From: Somniosus microcephalus
Lineage: Eukaryota
Assembly (NCBI GenBank): GCA_052327205.1
Contig: JBMRGM010000037.1
Coordinates: forward strand, 55,490,001 to 55,554,000
DNA: 64,000 nt
Reading direction: 5' to 3'
Numbering within the stretch: the first letter of the stretch is position 1; each line of letters begins with the position of its first letter. The position numbers and the translations under genes were made by a program. The notes beneath the pieces are model-generated. The model was not told the DNA's origin. It searched no databases and worked only from the letters and a program-made list of their open reading frames with translations. This document shows positions 13,201-25,200 of this stretch, one piece after another.

Positions 13201-16200
13201 TACTCCCTGTAACCAGAGGTTTGTAGACTGCACATCACCACTGCAGATGCTGTGATAACATGTATGAAAGCCATATTCTCCAGACATGGCGTGGCAAGCG
13301 AGGTCTTCACAGACAACGGACCTCAGTTTTATAATGCAAGTTTCCGACACTTTGCCAAAGAGTGGGACTTTGTCCACACAACGTCAAGTCCTCACTTTCC
13401 ACAGTCCAATGGTCTAGTGGAAAAATCGGTCCAGACAGTGAAAAGACTGATGTACAAGGCAAAAGACAGTGGAACTGACTTCTACCAGAGTATGCTTGTA
13501 TACCGCACAACGCCGCTCGAGTGTGGTAAGTCACCAGCCCAACTCCTTATGGGACGTCGGCTAAGGTCAAACCTACCCATCCCGGAGAACCTCCTGAAAA
13601 CAAAAGAGGGGGAGAAAGTGAGGAAGTTCAAAGAACAACAGAAAGAAAAGCAAAAGTACTACTATGACAGAGGAACACAAAACCTACCTGAACTCCACAC
13701 TGGTGACCAAGTAAGGTTCAAAGACAAAACAAACACATGGACTCAGAAGGGAACTGTCCTGAGTGAAGTTCAACCAAGATCATACACCATTCAGACAGAT
13801 GAGGGTGCTGTTCTGAGAAGAAATCATCGAGATCTTCTCATGGGACCAGCCACAGCAGGTCAAGAGACTGATACTGTTGAACAACCTGATCACACAGCTG
13901 AGAACCAATCACCTGAGGCAACAACTCAGATTCAAGGACAATCAATCAGAAAATCCTCAAGACACGTGAAGCCTCCTGAGAGACTCATTGAGCAAATTTA
14001 AGGACTATTGTTATAGAAGGAAGTAATGTTATCTTATTCTTTCTTCAAGTTCTAGTGTAGTTACATATTTCATGTGAACACACAAAGCAAGGTTAAAAAA
14101 CTTTGATCATGATAATGATAATGTAAGTTCATTAAGTGTTACCGTTAAAATGCAGATTAATACAAAGAAAACATGTTGTTAGTTAAAAGTAAAATACTTT
14201 TGTTTTAAGAAAGGGAGATGTAATGATATCAGCAAATAGTGATGTTATTTGCCTGTTTGATTATCATGTCTTACCAGCATGTTTGCATGTATTGATTACT
14301 TATGCCTGACCAGCAGAGGTCATGTGAGAGACAAGCAGAGGAGTTTAGTTTCAGTTTTGTTCTAGATGCATCACTAGCAGGATGTCTCCTCTAAATGCTG
14401 TATAAAGAGTTGAACAAGCTTTAGATTAAAACACATTCTCTTTCATAAATGTCTCGTCATTGAACCCACAAAGAAATCAATACACCCTGTAGCCTGGGAC
14501 TGATAGGCCCCTGCTCCCTGTAGCCTGGGACTGATAGGCTCCTGCTCCCTGTAGCCTGAGACTGATAGGCCCCTGCTCCCTGTAGCCTGGGACTGATAGG
14601 CCCCTGCTCCCAGCACCCTGGGACTGATAGGCCCCTGCTCCCTGTAGCCTGGGACTGATAGGCCCCCTGCTCCCTGTAGCCTGGGACTGATAGGCCCCTG
14701 CTCCCAGCAGCCTGGGACTGATAGGCCCCTGCACCCTGTAGCCTGGGACTGATAGGCTCCTGCTCCCTGTAGCCTGGGACTGATAGGCTCCTGCTCCCTG
14801 TAGCCTGGGACTGATAGGCCCCTGCTCCCTGTAGCCTGGGACCGATAGGCCCCTGTAGCCTGGGACTGATAGGCCCTGCTCCCTGTAGCCTGGGACTGAT
14901 AGGCCCCTGCACCCTGTAGCCTGGGACTGATGGGCCCCTGCTCCCTGTAGCCTGGGACTGATAGGCCCCTGCTCCCTGTAGCCTGGGACTGATAGGCCCC
15001 TGCTCCCTGTAGCCTGGGACTGATAGGCTCCTGCTCCCTGTAGCCTGGCACTGATAGGCCCCTGCTCCCTGTAACCTGGGACTGATAGGCCTCTGCTCCC
15101 TGTAGCCTGGGACTGATAGGCCCCTGCTCCCTGTAGCCTGCGACTGATAGGGCCCTGCTCCCAGCAGCCTGGGACTGATAGGCCCCTGCTCCCTGTAGCC
15201 TGGGACTGATAGGCCCCTGCTCCCAGCAGCCTGGGACTGATAGGCCCCTGCTCCCAGCAGCCTGGGACTGATAGGCCCCTGCTCCCTGTAGCCTGGGACT
15301 GATAGGCCCCTGTAGCCTGGGACTGATACGCCCCTGCTCCCAGCAGCCTGGGACTGATAGGTGTTGTGTATGTACCTTTAAGGGAAGAACTGGTTTGAGA
15401 CTGCAGTACCGGCAGTGACCACCCCTGTTTAAAAGGCCCGAGCAGGCTTCTGTATTTCAGTCTGACGTTAGTTCTCCCGAAGTCCGTGTATTATTGAGGC
15501 GCGGACTTTACAGTGGCGACGAGTAAGTTCGAACTCACCTGCAGTGTGGCATCATCTCACGGGGATCTCACCCTGAGAGGAGGTTTCTTGGAGGTCATAG
15601 TCTGAGCAACGGGCGTTGACCGCGGGCAACTGCCCAAAGAATTCATCGGTGTTCCGAGAATTGCGGGAGAGGCTATGGAGAGCTATGCTTGGCTCCCCAG
15701 TTAAGGTGTTCCTGCAAATCATGCTGGTAGCAGGTAGTGCGCTGACCTTTCCGGACTGCGGCGGGCTCAAGCTCGATTGAGCGGCTCTACAAAACGGGCC
15801 GCGCAGCGTCGCCGGGGAAAGAAAACAAGAGAGAGAGGGTGGAGCGCACAGGGCGCGGTCGGTGCTCAAGAACCGGGCAGCGGAGAGAAAATAAACCGGG
15901 GAAGGAAAGCGAGACGCGCCGAAGCCGCGGGTCGCCGCCATTACCCTGTAGAATGCTAGGAGCAGCGTGGCAGCAAGGGGAAGAAGCAAAAGTGCGGGAG
16001 GCGCCATTTTATCCCATTGGGGAAGAAGGAAAAGCGCGGGAGGCGCCATTTTATTCCATTGGGGAAGAAGCAAAAGCGCGGGAGGCGCCATTTTAAATCA
16101 CCCAAGATGCCAAAAAGTGGCAGTATCACTGCTTTTGACAACGAGTTAGAAGACTGGACCACGTATGTGGAAAGAATTGAAGTGTACTGCAAGGCAAATG

Positions 16201-19200
16201 AGGTGACCGATGGAAAGAGGGCGTCGGTATTATTGAATTTGATGGGCGTGAGTACGTACGGCCTATTGCGGAATTTAATTACCCCAGTGAAACCAATGGA
16301 GAAAAGTTTTGAGGAGATTGTTAATATCTTACAGGAACACCAAACCCTACACCGCTGCTGATAGCAGAAAGATTCAAGTTCCATAAAAGAAACCAGCACA
16401 AATATGAGAGCAATGCTGACTATCTTACGGAACTACACAAGTTATCGAAGCACTGCCAGTTCGGAGCAGGACTGGCAGACACCTTACGGGATAAGTTTGT
16501 CTGCGGGCTCCAGAGTGAAGGAACCCAGAAACGACTACTTTCGAAAAAGGACCTGACGCTAGAACAGGCTTTCAGCGTGGCAGTATCCTACGAAGCAGCA
16601 GCATGGGGAGCTGCGGAAATACAACAGAAACCACAAGAATACAGCGCTAACGAGATGGCGTATGGAGCAGAAAAGTGCTATCGCTGCGGCAGAACAACCC
16701 ATGAACAGAAAGACTGCTGGTTTAAGGACAAAGTATGCAGGCAATGCGGAAAAATGGGACATATAGCAAGAGTCTGCAGGTCGGGAAAGAAAACCAACTT
16801 GACAAGAACTACTAAGGAACATTACAGGAAAGTAAAGAAACTGACAGACAGTAGTTCGGAAGATCAGGAGAGTGATAAGGACTCCGGGAGCAGGAGACTA
16901 AGTTGTCTAAAGTTACACAACGTGATCGCAAAGGAGGATCACCGAACCATTTGGGTCACCCTCACGATAGCAGGGTCCCCAGTAAAGATGGAATTGGACA
17001 CAGGATCAGCCCTAACTGTCATGAATCGACGAGACTATGAGCGGCTATTCTCACACATACCCTTAAAGGACACGTCCATTGTATTGAAGACATACACGGG
17101 GCAAAAGGTCTACCCCAGAGGAAAAATAAGGGTGCCAGTTAAATATAACGGCAAGGAAACACAGAAACTATATATGTATATACTACGAGATGGAGGACCA
17201 CCATTATTGAGACGTGAATGGATCTGAAAAATACAATTGGATTGGCATTCCATTCAGGCGCTAACTGTGACGGACAAAAAGGATGACGACGTTGCACCTG
17301 GACATCTGTCACAAATTCTATCTGATGCGGAAGAGGCGTTCCAACAAGGAATTAGGACTCTAAAAGGAGCAAAGGCAACCATAAAGATTGAAGATAACGC
17401 AAACCCAAAATTTTTTTAAGGCCAGACCGGTGCCATACGCGATCTGCCCAGCCGTTGAAGCTGAACTGGAGAGTCTGGAGCGTTCGGGTGTGCTGTCCAA
17501 GGTGGACTGGAGCGAGTGGGCCACACCCATCGTTCCTGTAATGAAGAAAGCATTCAGCAGCACGCCTGGGGAGCCAAAGAAGGTTTGCATCTGTGGGGAC
17601 TTCAAGGTGACTGTGAACCCAGTCCTGCACACAGTACAGCATCCACTTCTGCGGATAGAAGATATTTTCGCCTCACTATCTGGAGGGAAACTATTTCCAA
17701 AGATTGTTCTCGCCCAAGCGTATCTACAAATGGAGGTGGAAGAAGCATCTAGAAAATACCTCACGATAAACACTCACAAAGGCCTTTACCAGTACAATCG
17801 ACTGGTATTTGGGGTAGCATCAGCCCTGGCTATTTGGCAGAGGGCGATGGAACAAGTCCTGCAAGGGATCCCGGGGACCCAGTGTTATTTGGACGACATC
17901 CTGGTTATGGGTGAAAATGACAGTGAACACCTTGCCAACCTGGAGCAGGTGCTCACGAGATTACAGGAATCTGGGCTACGAGCCAACCGCCCCAAATGCG
18001 AGTTCTTCAGGAGACAAATCTCGTATTGTGGCCACATGATTGATGAGGAAGGGTTGCATAAGTCGCCGGACAAGATTGAGGCTGTAGTCAAGGCTCCAGC
18101 ACCGGAAAATGTGTCGCAACTGAGATCGTTCCTCGGGTTGGTGAACTACTACCATAAGTTCTTGCCGAATTTATCCACAATTCTGCACCCACTGAACGCC
18201 CTGCTGCAAACTGGAGTGACATGGAAATGGAGTGATGAGTGTAAGCGTGCCTTTCAGGAATGTAAATGCCTAATCACTTCAAAAGAAGGATTGGCCCACT
18301 ACAACCCAACACTACCGATTCGGTTGGCATGTGATGCGTCACCTTATGGCATTGGAGAGGTACTGTGACACAAATTCCGTGACGGTTCAGAGAGGCCAAT
18401 AGCCTTTGCGTCGCGCTCGCTAACCTCAGCCGAGCGTAACTACGCCCAGATTGACAGGGAGGCCCTCAGCCTGGTGTGGGGGGTGAAGAAGTTCAATCAC
18501 TATCTGCACGGGCAGAAATTCACCCTACTGACTGATCATCAGCCCCTGGTCTCCATTTTTAACCCAAAGAAGGGCATTCCGGTAATGACGGCGCAACGGC
18601 TTCAAAGATGGTCACTTTTTCTAGGGGCACATCAGTACGACATAGAGTACAAGGGTACGAAACAGCATGGAAACGCTGATGGGCTGTCGCGCCTACCGTT
18701 GCCTACGGTAGAAGAAGCACCTGCAGTGGACCCTGTTGAGATATTCCATGCGACCATAGTCGAATGTTTGCCTGTTACAAACTCGAGTATAGAGAAGGAA
18801 ACCCAAAATGACCCGACACTCTCTCGGGTCTATGATTTGACGGTGAAGGGATAGAGTCATAGAGTTATACAGCACGGATAGAGGCCCTTCGGCCCATCGT
18901 GTCCGCGCCGGCCATCACGCCCTGTCTAATCTAATCCCATATTCCAGCATTTGGTCCGTAGCCTTGTATGCTATGGCATTTCAAGTGCTCATCCAAATGC
19001 TTCTTAAATGTTGTGAGGGTTCCTGCCTCCACAACCCTTTCGGGCAGTGAGTTCCAGAATCCAACCACCCTCTGGGTGAAAAAGTTCTTTCTCAAATCCC
19101 CTCTAAACCTCCCGCCCTTTACCTTGAATCTATGCCCCCTAGTTATTGACCCTTCTACTAAGGGAAAAAGCTCCTTAACCTATGTATGCCCCTCATAATT

Positions 19201-22200
19201 TTGTACACCTCAATCATGTCCCCCCTCAGCCTCCTCTGCTCCAAGGAAAACAAACCCAATCTGCCCAGTCTCTCTTCATAGCTGAAGCATTCCAGCCCTG
19301 GTAGCATCCTGGAGAATCTCCTCTGCACCCTCACCAAAGCTATCACATTCTTCCTGTAGTGTGGCGACCAGAACTGCACACAGTATTCCAGCTGTGGCCT
19401 AACCAGTGTTTTATACAGCTCCATCATAACCTCCCTGCTCTTATATTCTATGCCTCGGCTAATGAAGGCAAGTATCCCATATGCCTTTTTTACCACCTTA
19501 TCCACCTGTTCCGCCGCCTTCAGGGATCTGTGTACTTGCACACCCAGATCCCTCTGACCCTCCGTCTTGCCTAGGGTCTTTCCATTCATTGTGTATTCCC
19601 TTGCCTTGTTAGTCCCCCGAAAGTGCATCACCTCGCACTTTTCCGGGTTAAATTCCATTTGCCACTGTTCCGCCCATCTGACCAACCCATCTATATCGTC
19701 CTGCAGACTGAGGCTACCCTCCTCGCTATTTACCACCCTACCAATTTTTGTATCATCCGCGAACTTACTGATCATACCTTTTACATTCATATCCAAGTCA
19801 TTAATGTAGACCACAAACAGCAAGGGACCCAGCACCGATCCCTATGGTACCCCACTGGCCACAGGCTTTCAGTCACAAAAACAACCTTCGACCATCACCC
19901 TCTGCCTTCTGCCACTAAGCCAGTTTTGTATCCAATGTGCCAAGGCACCCTGGATTCCATGGGCTCTTACCTTTTTGACCAGTCTCCTGTGCGGGACTTT
20001 ATCGAAGGCCTTACTGAAATCCATGTATACCACATCCAATGCGTTGCCCTCATCCACACACCTAGACACCCTCTCAAAAAATTCAATCAAATTAGTCAGA
20101 CATGATCTTCCCTTGACAAAGCCATGTTGACTATCCCTGATTAATCCTTGCCTCTCCAAGTGGAGACTGATTTTGTCCCTCAGAATTTTTTCCAATAATT
20201 TTCCCACCACTGATGTTAGGCTCACTGGCCTGTAGTTCCCCGGTTTTACCCTACTCCCCTTCTTGAATAATGGAACTAAATTAGCGGTTCTCCAGTCCTC
20301 TGGCACGTCCCCTGTGGCCAGAGAGGTTCTGAATATGTGTGTTAGAGCCCCTGCAATCTCTTCCTTTGCCTCACACAGCAGCCTGGGATACATTTCGTCT
20401 GGGCCTGGGGATTTATCCATTTTTAGGCCAGCTAAAACCGCCAATACCTCCTCCCTCTCGATGTTAATGTGTTCGAGCATATCACAGTCCCCCTGCCCTA
20501 TTTCTATGTCTACATCGTCCCTCTCCATAGTGAAAACAGATGCAAAAAATTCATTTAGAACCCCTCCTACATCTTCCGGCTCCACACACAGATTGCCACT
20601 TTTGTCCCTAATGGGCCCTATTTTTTCCCTAGTTATCCTCTTACCCTTAATATACTTATAAAACATCTTAGGATTTTCCTTTATTTTGCTCGCCAGTGTT
20701 ATTTCATGGCCCCTCCTTGATCTCCTAATTTCTTTTTTAAGTATCCCCCTGCACTTTTTGTACTCCTCAAGGGCTTCCTCCGTCTTTAGCCTTTTGTATC
20801 TGCCAAAAGCCCTCCTTTTTTTCCTAATCCATTCTCGTATATCCCCTGACATCCAAGGTTCCCTGTGGTTTTTGGAACCACCCTTGACCTTTACGGGAAC
20901 ATGTTGCCATTGTATGATCTCAATCTCCCTTCTGAAAGCCTCCCATTGCTCCGATGCGGATTTTCCTACAAGTAGCTGATCCCAGTCCATTTTGGCCAGA
21001 TCCTGCCTTATCCTATTAAAATCGGCCTTCCCCCAATTTAGAACCTTTATTTCCGGCCCATCACTGTCCTTTTCCATGACCACCTTAAATCTCACCATAT
21101 TATGGTCACTGTCACCAAAGTGCTCACCTACAAGCACTTCTTCCACTTGGCCGGCCACATTCCCTAGAATTAGATCCAGTACCGCCCCCTCTCTTGTAGG
21201 ACCTTCTACATGCTGGCTCAAAAAGCTCTCCTGGATGCACTTTAAAAATTCTACACCCTCTGTGCCTTTCACACTCTGACTATCCCAGTTAATATGGCCA
21301 GCATATGGCGACTCACTGTTGCCAGCATTCTCGCCAAGGAGAGAACAGCTGTCAGTGTGCCGGGGAACCTTGATGTGTGGATCCCGAGTGGTAATTCCAC
21401 CCAAGTTGAGAGATAGAGTGCTCAATGAGCTTCATGAGGGTCATCTGGGAGGGGTAAAAATGAAGAGCCTAGCCACAGCAGGGACCAGTGTGGTGGCCGG
21501 GAATCGATAAAGAAATCGAGGATATGACCAAGAGATGCACAGGATGCCAGAAGGTCCAAAACGCTCCACCACAGGCCCCGCTACATCCATGGGAGTGGCC
21601 CTCATCTCCATGGCAATGGGTACACATTGATTTTGCTGGTCCATTTATGGACTCAATGTTTCTAATCGCTGTGGACGCCCATTCGAAATGGCCAGAGGTC
21701 ATTAAAATGTCCTCCACCACCACGGAGAAAACTATTGCAGTCCTAAGGACCATCTTCACCCAGAATGGGTTGCCAGAACAGATTTGCTCCAACAATGGGC
21801 CACAGTTTGTGTCTGAGGATTTCCGGAGGTTCCTGAAGAATAATGGGGTGAAACATTACACATCTGCCCCATATCATCCAGCCACAAATGGATTGGCTGA
21901 GAGGTTTGTTCAGACCTTTAAAAAGGCCATAAAGGCAATGTATAATGACGACATACCACTACAACACAAGGTGGATAGTTTCTTGTTTGCTTACCGAATT
22001 GCGACACATGCAGTAACCAACCAAGCTCCAGCCGTACTGTTCTTCAACCGAAGGCTACGACGTCGCCTGGATTTGCTCAAAACAAACATAAGACGAGATG
22101 TTGAGGATAAGCAGTTCCAGCACATAAATGAGAAGCCAACCAGGAGCTTCAAGATAGGGCAACCAGTCTTGGTCCGCGACTACCGAACAGAAAAATGGCA

Positions 22201-25200
22201 GCCAGGAATGATATGCACACAGCAGGGACCACTAACGTACACAGTGGACGTTGGAGAGAGCATCGTGAGACGCCATGCTGACCAGATTCTAGAGTCACAG
22301 GAACAAGCCAAACCTATACCACGAGCATGTGCACCTGGTAATGAGCCCAAAGTACAGATTGCGTCTACCTCAGAAGCAGTGGTATTGGAAGCTGACGAAC
22401 CAACCAATGACAATGAGCCAGAATCAACTCCGCTGCAAGAACAGGATACTCGAGAAAGGCGCTATCCAGTCAGGATCAGGAAGCCTCCTCAAAGACTGAA
22501 CTTATAAATGATTATTTCAGTTGATGTATATAGTACCGAGAAAATTGTAATTGTAATTAGTTATTATTTAGTTGTAAAATGAATGTTATGTACTGTTTAT
22601 CTAAAAGGGAAGGAATTGTTGTGTATGTACCTTTAAGGGATGAACTGGTTTGAGACTGCAGTACCGGCAGTGACCACCCCTGTATAAAAGTCCCTAGCAG
22701 GCTTCTGTATTTCAGTTTGACGTTAACCTCCTGTTCAGTAAAGTACCTGTTAAACTGTTCTCCCGAAGTCCGTGTATTATTGAGGCGCGGACTTCACAAT
22801 AGGCTGCTGCTCCCAGTAGCCTGGGTCTGATAGGCCCCTGCTCCCTGAACCTGGGACTGATAGGCCCCTGCGCCCTGTAGCCTGGGACTGATAGGCCCCT
22901 GCTCCCTGTAGTCTGGGACTGATAGGTCCCTGCTCCCTGTAGCCTGGGACTGATAGGCCCCTGCTCCCTGTAGCCTGGGACTCATAGGCCCCTGCTCCCT
23001 TTAGCCTGGGACTGATAGGCCCCTGCTCCCTGTAGCCTGGGACTGATAGCCCCCTGCTCCCTGTAGCCTGGGACTGATAGGCCCCTGCTCCCTGTAGCCT
23101 GGGACTGATAGGCCCCTGCTCCCTGTAGCCTGGGACTGATAGGTCCCTGCTCCCTGTAGCCTGGGACTGATAGGCCCCTGCTCCCTGTAGCCTGGGACTG
23201 ATAGGCCTCTGCTCCCTGTAGCCTGGGACTGATAGGCCTCTGCTCCCAGCAGCCTGGGACTGATAGGCCCCTGCTCCCTGTAGCCTGGGACTGATGGGCC
23301 CCTGCTCCCTGTAGCCTGGGACTGATAGGCCCCTGCTCCCTGTAGCCTGGGACTGATAGGCCCCTGCTCCCTGTAGCCTGGGACTGATAGGCCCCTGCTC
23401 CCTGTAGCCTGGGACTCATAGGCCCCTGCTCCCTTTAGCCTGGGACTGATAGGCCCCTGCTCCCTGTAGCCTGGGACTGATAGCCCCCTGCTCCCTGTAG
23501 CCTGGGACTGATAGGCCCCTGCTCCCTGTAGCCTGGGACTGATAGGCCCCTGCTCCCTGTAGCCTGGGACTGATAGGTCCCTGCTCCCTGTAGCCTGGGA
23601 CTGATAGGCCCCTGCTCCCTGTAGCCTGGGACTGATAGGCCTCTGCTCCCTGTAGCCTGGGACTGATAGGCCTCTGCTCCCAGCAGCCTGGGACTGATAG
23701 GCCCCTGCTCCCTGTAGCCTGGGACTGATGGGCCCCTGCTCCCTGTAGCCTGGGACTGATAGGCCCCTGCTCCCTGTAGCCTGGGACTGATAGGCCTCTG
23801 CTCCCAGCAGCCTGGGACTGATAGGCCCCTGCTCCCTGTAGCCTGGGACTGATGGGCCCATGCTCCCTGTAGCCTGGGACTGATGGGCCTCTGCTCCCTG
23901 TAGCCTGGGACTGATGGGCCCCTGCTCCCTGTAACCTGGGACTGATGGGCCCCTGCTCCCTGTAGCCTGGGACTGATGGGCCCCTGCTCCCTGTAGCCTG
24001 GGACTGATGGGCCCCTGCTCCCTGTAGCCTGGGACTGATAGGCCCCTGCTCCCTGTAGCCTGGGACTGATAGGCCCCTGCTCCCTGTAGCCTGGGACTGA
24101 TGGGCCCCTGCTCCCTGTAGCCTGGGACTGATAGGCCCCTGCTCCCTGTAGCCTGGGACTGATAGGCCCCTGCTCCCTGTAGCCTGGGACTGATGGGCCC
24201 CTGCTCCCTGTAGCCTGGGACTGATAGGCCCCTGCTCCCTGTAGCCTGGGACTGATAGGCCCCTGCTCCCTGTAGCCTGGGACTGATAGGCCCCTGCTCC
24301 CTGTAGCCTGGGACTGATAGGCCCCTGCTCCCTGTAGCCTGGGACTGATAGGCCCCTGCTCCCTGTAGCCTGGGACTGATGGGCCCCTGCTCCCTGTAGC
24401 CTGGGAATTCTCACTCTCTGGTCTTGGGGGCTAAAAGGATTAAATTATGAGGACAGACCGGGCTTGTGTTCCCTCGACTATAGACGATTAAGGGATAAAC
24501 TAATTGAGGTGTTTAGATTTATAATCTTGCAGAATGTGTGTGGAATTGTCAAATGATTTTCAATATAGATAAGTGTGAGGTGGTACATTGTGGTAGGAAG
24601 AATAATTAGGCCACATACTGCTTGGAGAATAAGAGTCTAAATGGGGATTTACAGGAGCAGAGGGATCTGGGGGTTCAGATACACAATTCACCAAAAGTAG
24701 GGACACAGGTTAATCAGGCCATAAAAAAGCAAACAAAGCACTGGGGTTCATTTCCCGAGGGATTGAATTGAAAAACAGATAAGTTACGTTAAACTTGTAT
24801 AAACCCTTAGTTTGACCACACTTCAGAAAGTACTTCATTGGCTGTGAAGCGCTTTGGGATGTCCTGAGGTGGTGAAAGGCGTTGTATGGTAACAGGCTTG
24901 AGAGTGGGTGCTGAACGGGCCCACTCCTGTTCCTATGGTAACGGGCTCGAGGGGCTGCATGGGCCTACATCTCTTCCTATGGTAACACGCTCGGAGCGGG
25001 TGGGTGGGCGCTGAACAGGCCCACTCCTGTCCCCAAGTTGCTTAGCATGCCAGAGGTGCGATGTGCTCAGATCCTCAATCCCACCCATTCCCAAGCTGTG
25101 CCTCTCCTTTCTCCAGATCAGACGGCCGGTGAGTGCCCCGCCCCAGGGCGCCTCTCCATGATGTGCGAGCTGAAGTTTGCGGAGCTGTGCGAGGACGACG

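Larger units (their letters stand above)
12200..24405. repeat. 31-bp minisatellite (gcctgggactgataggcccctgctccctgta), split into three blocks (12200-12464, 14485-15361, 22799-24405) by two LTR insertions
   Basis: The tandem unit resumes after each LTR element. Confidence 0.93.

Noticed and set aside
12716-15523. tRNA-complementary motifs (tggtgtcagaagtg, tggcgacgag)
   Set aside because: These are retroelement primer-binding sites, not tRNA genes.
19869-21425. 518-aa minus-strand ORF with a novel N-terminus
   Set aside because: Chimera of antisense Gypsy pol sequence and a 5'-truncated CR1 ORF2 at the nested insertion junction.
22794-24414. Repetitive ORFs (GPISPRLQGAGAYQSQATGSR...), also at 14443-15051 and 40582-41869
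   Set aside because: Translations of ~31-bp minisatellites, not genes.
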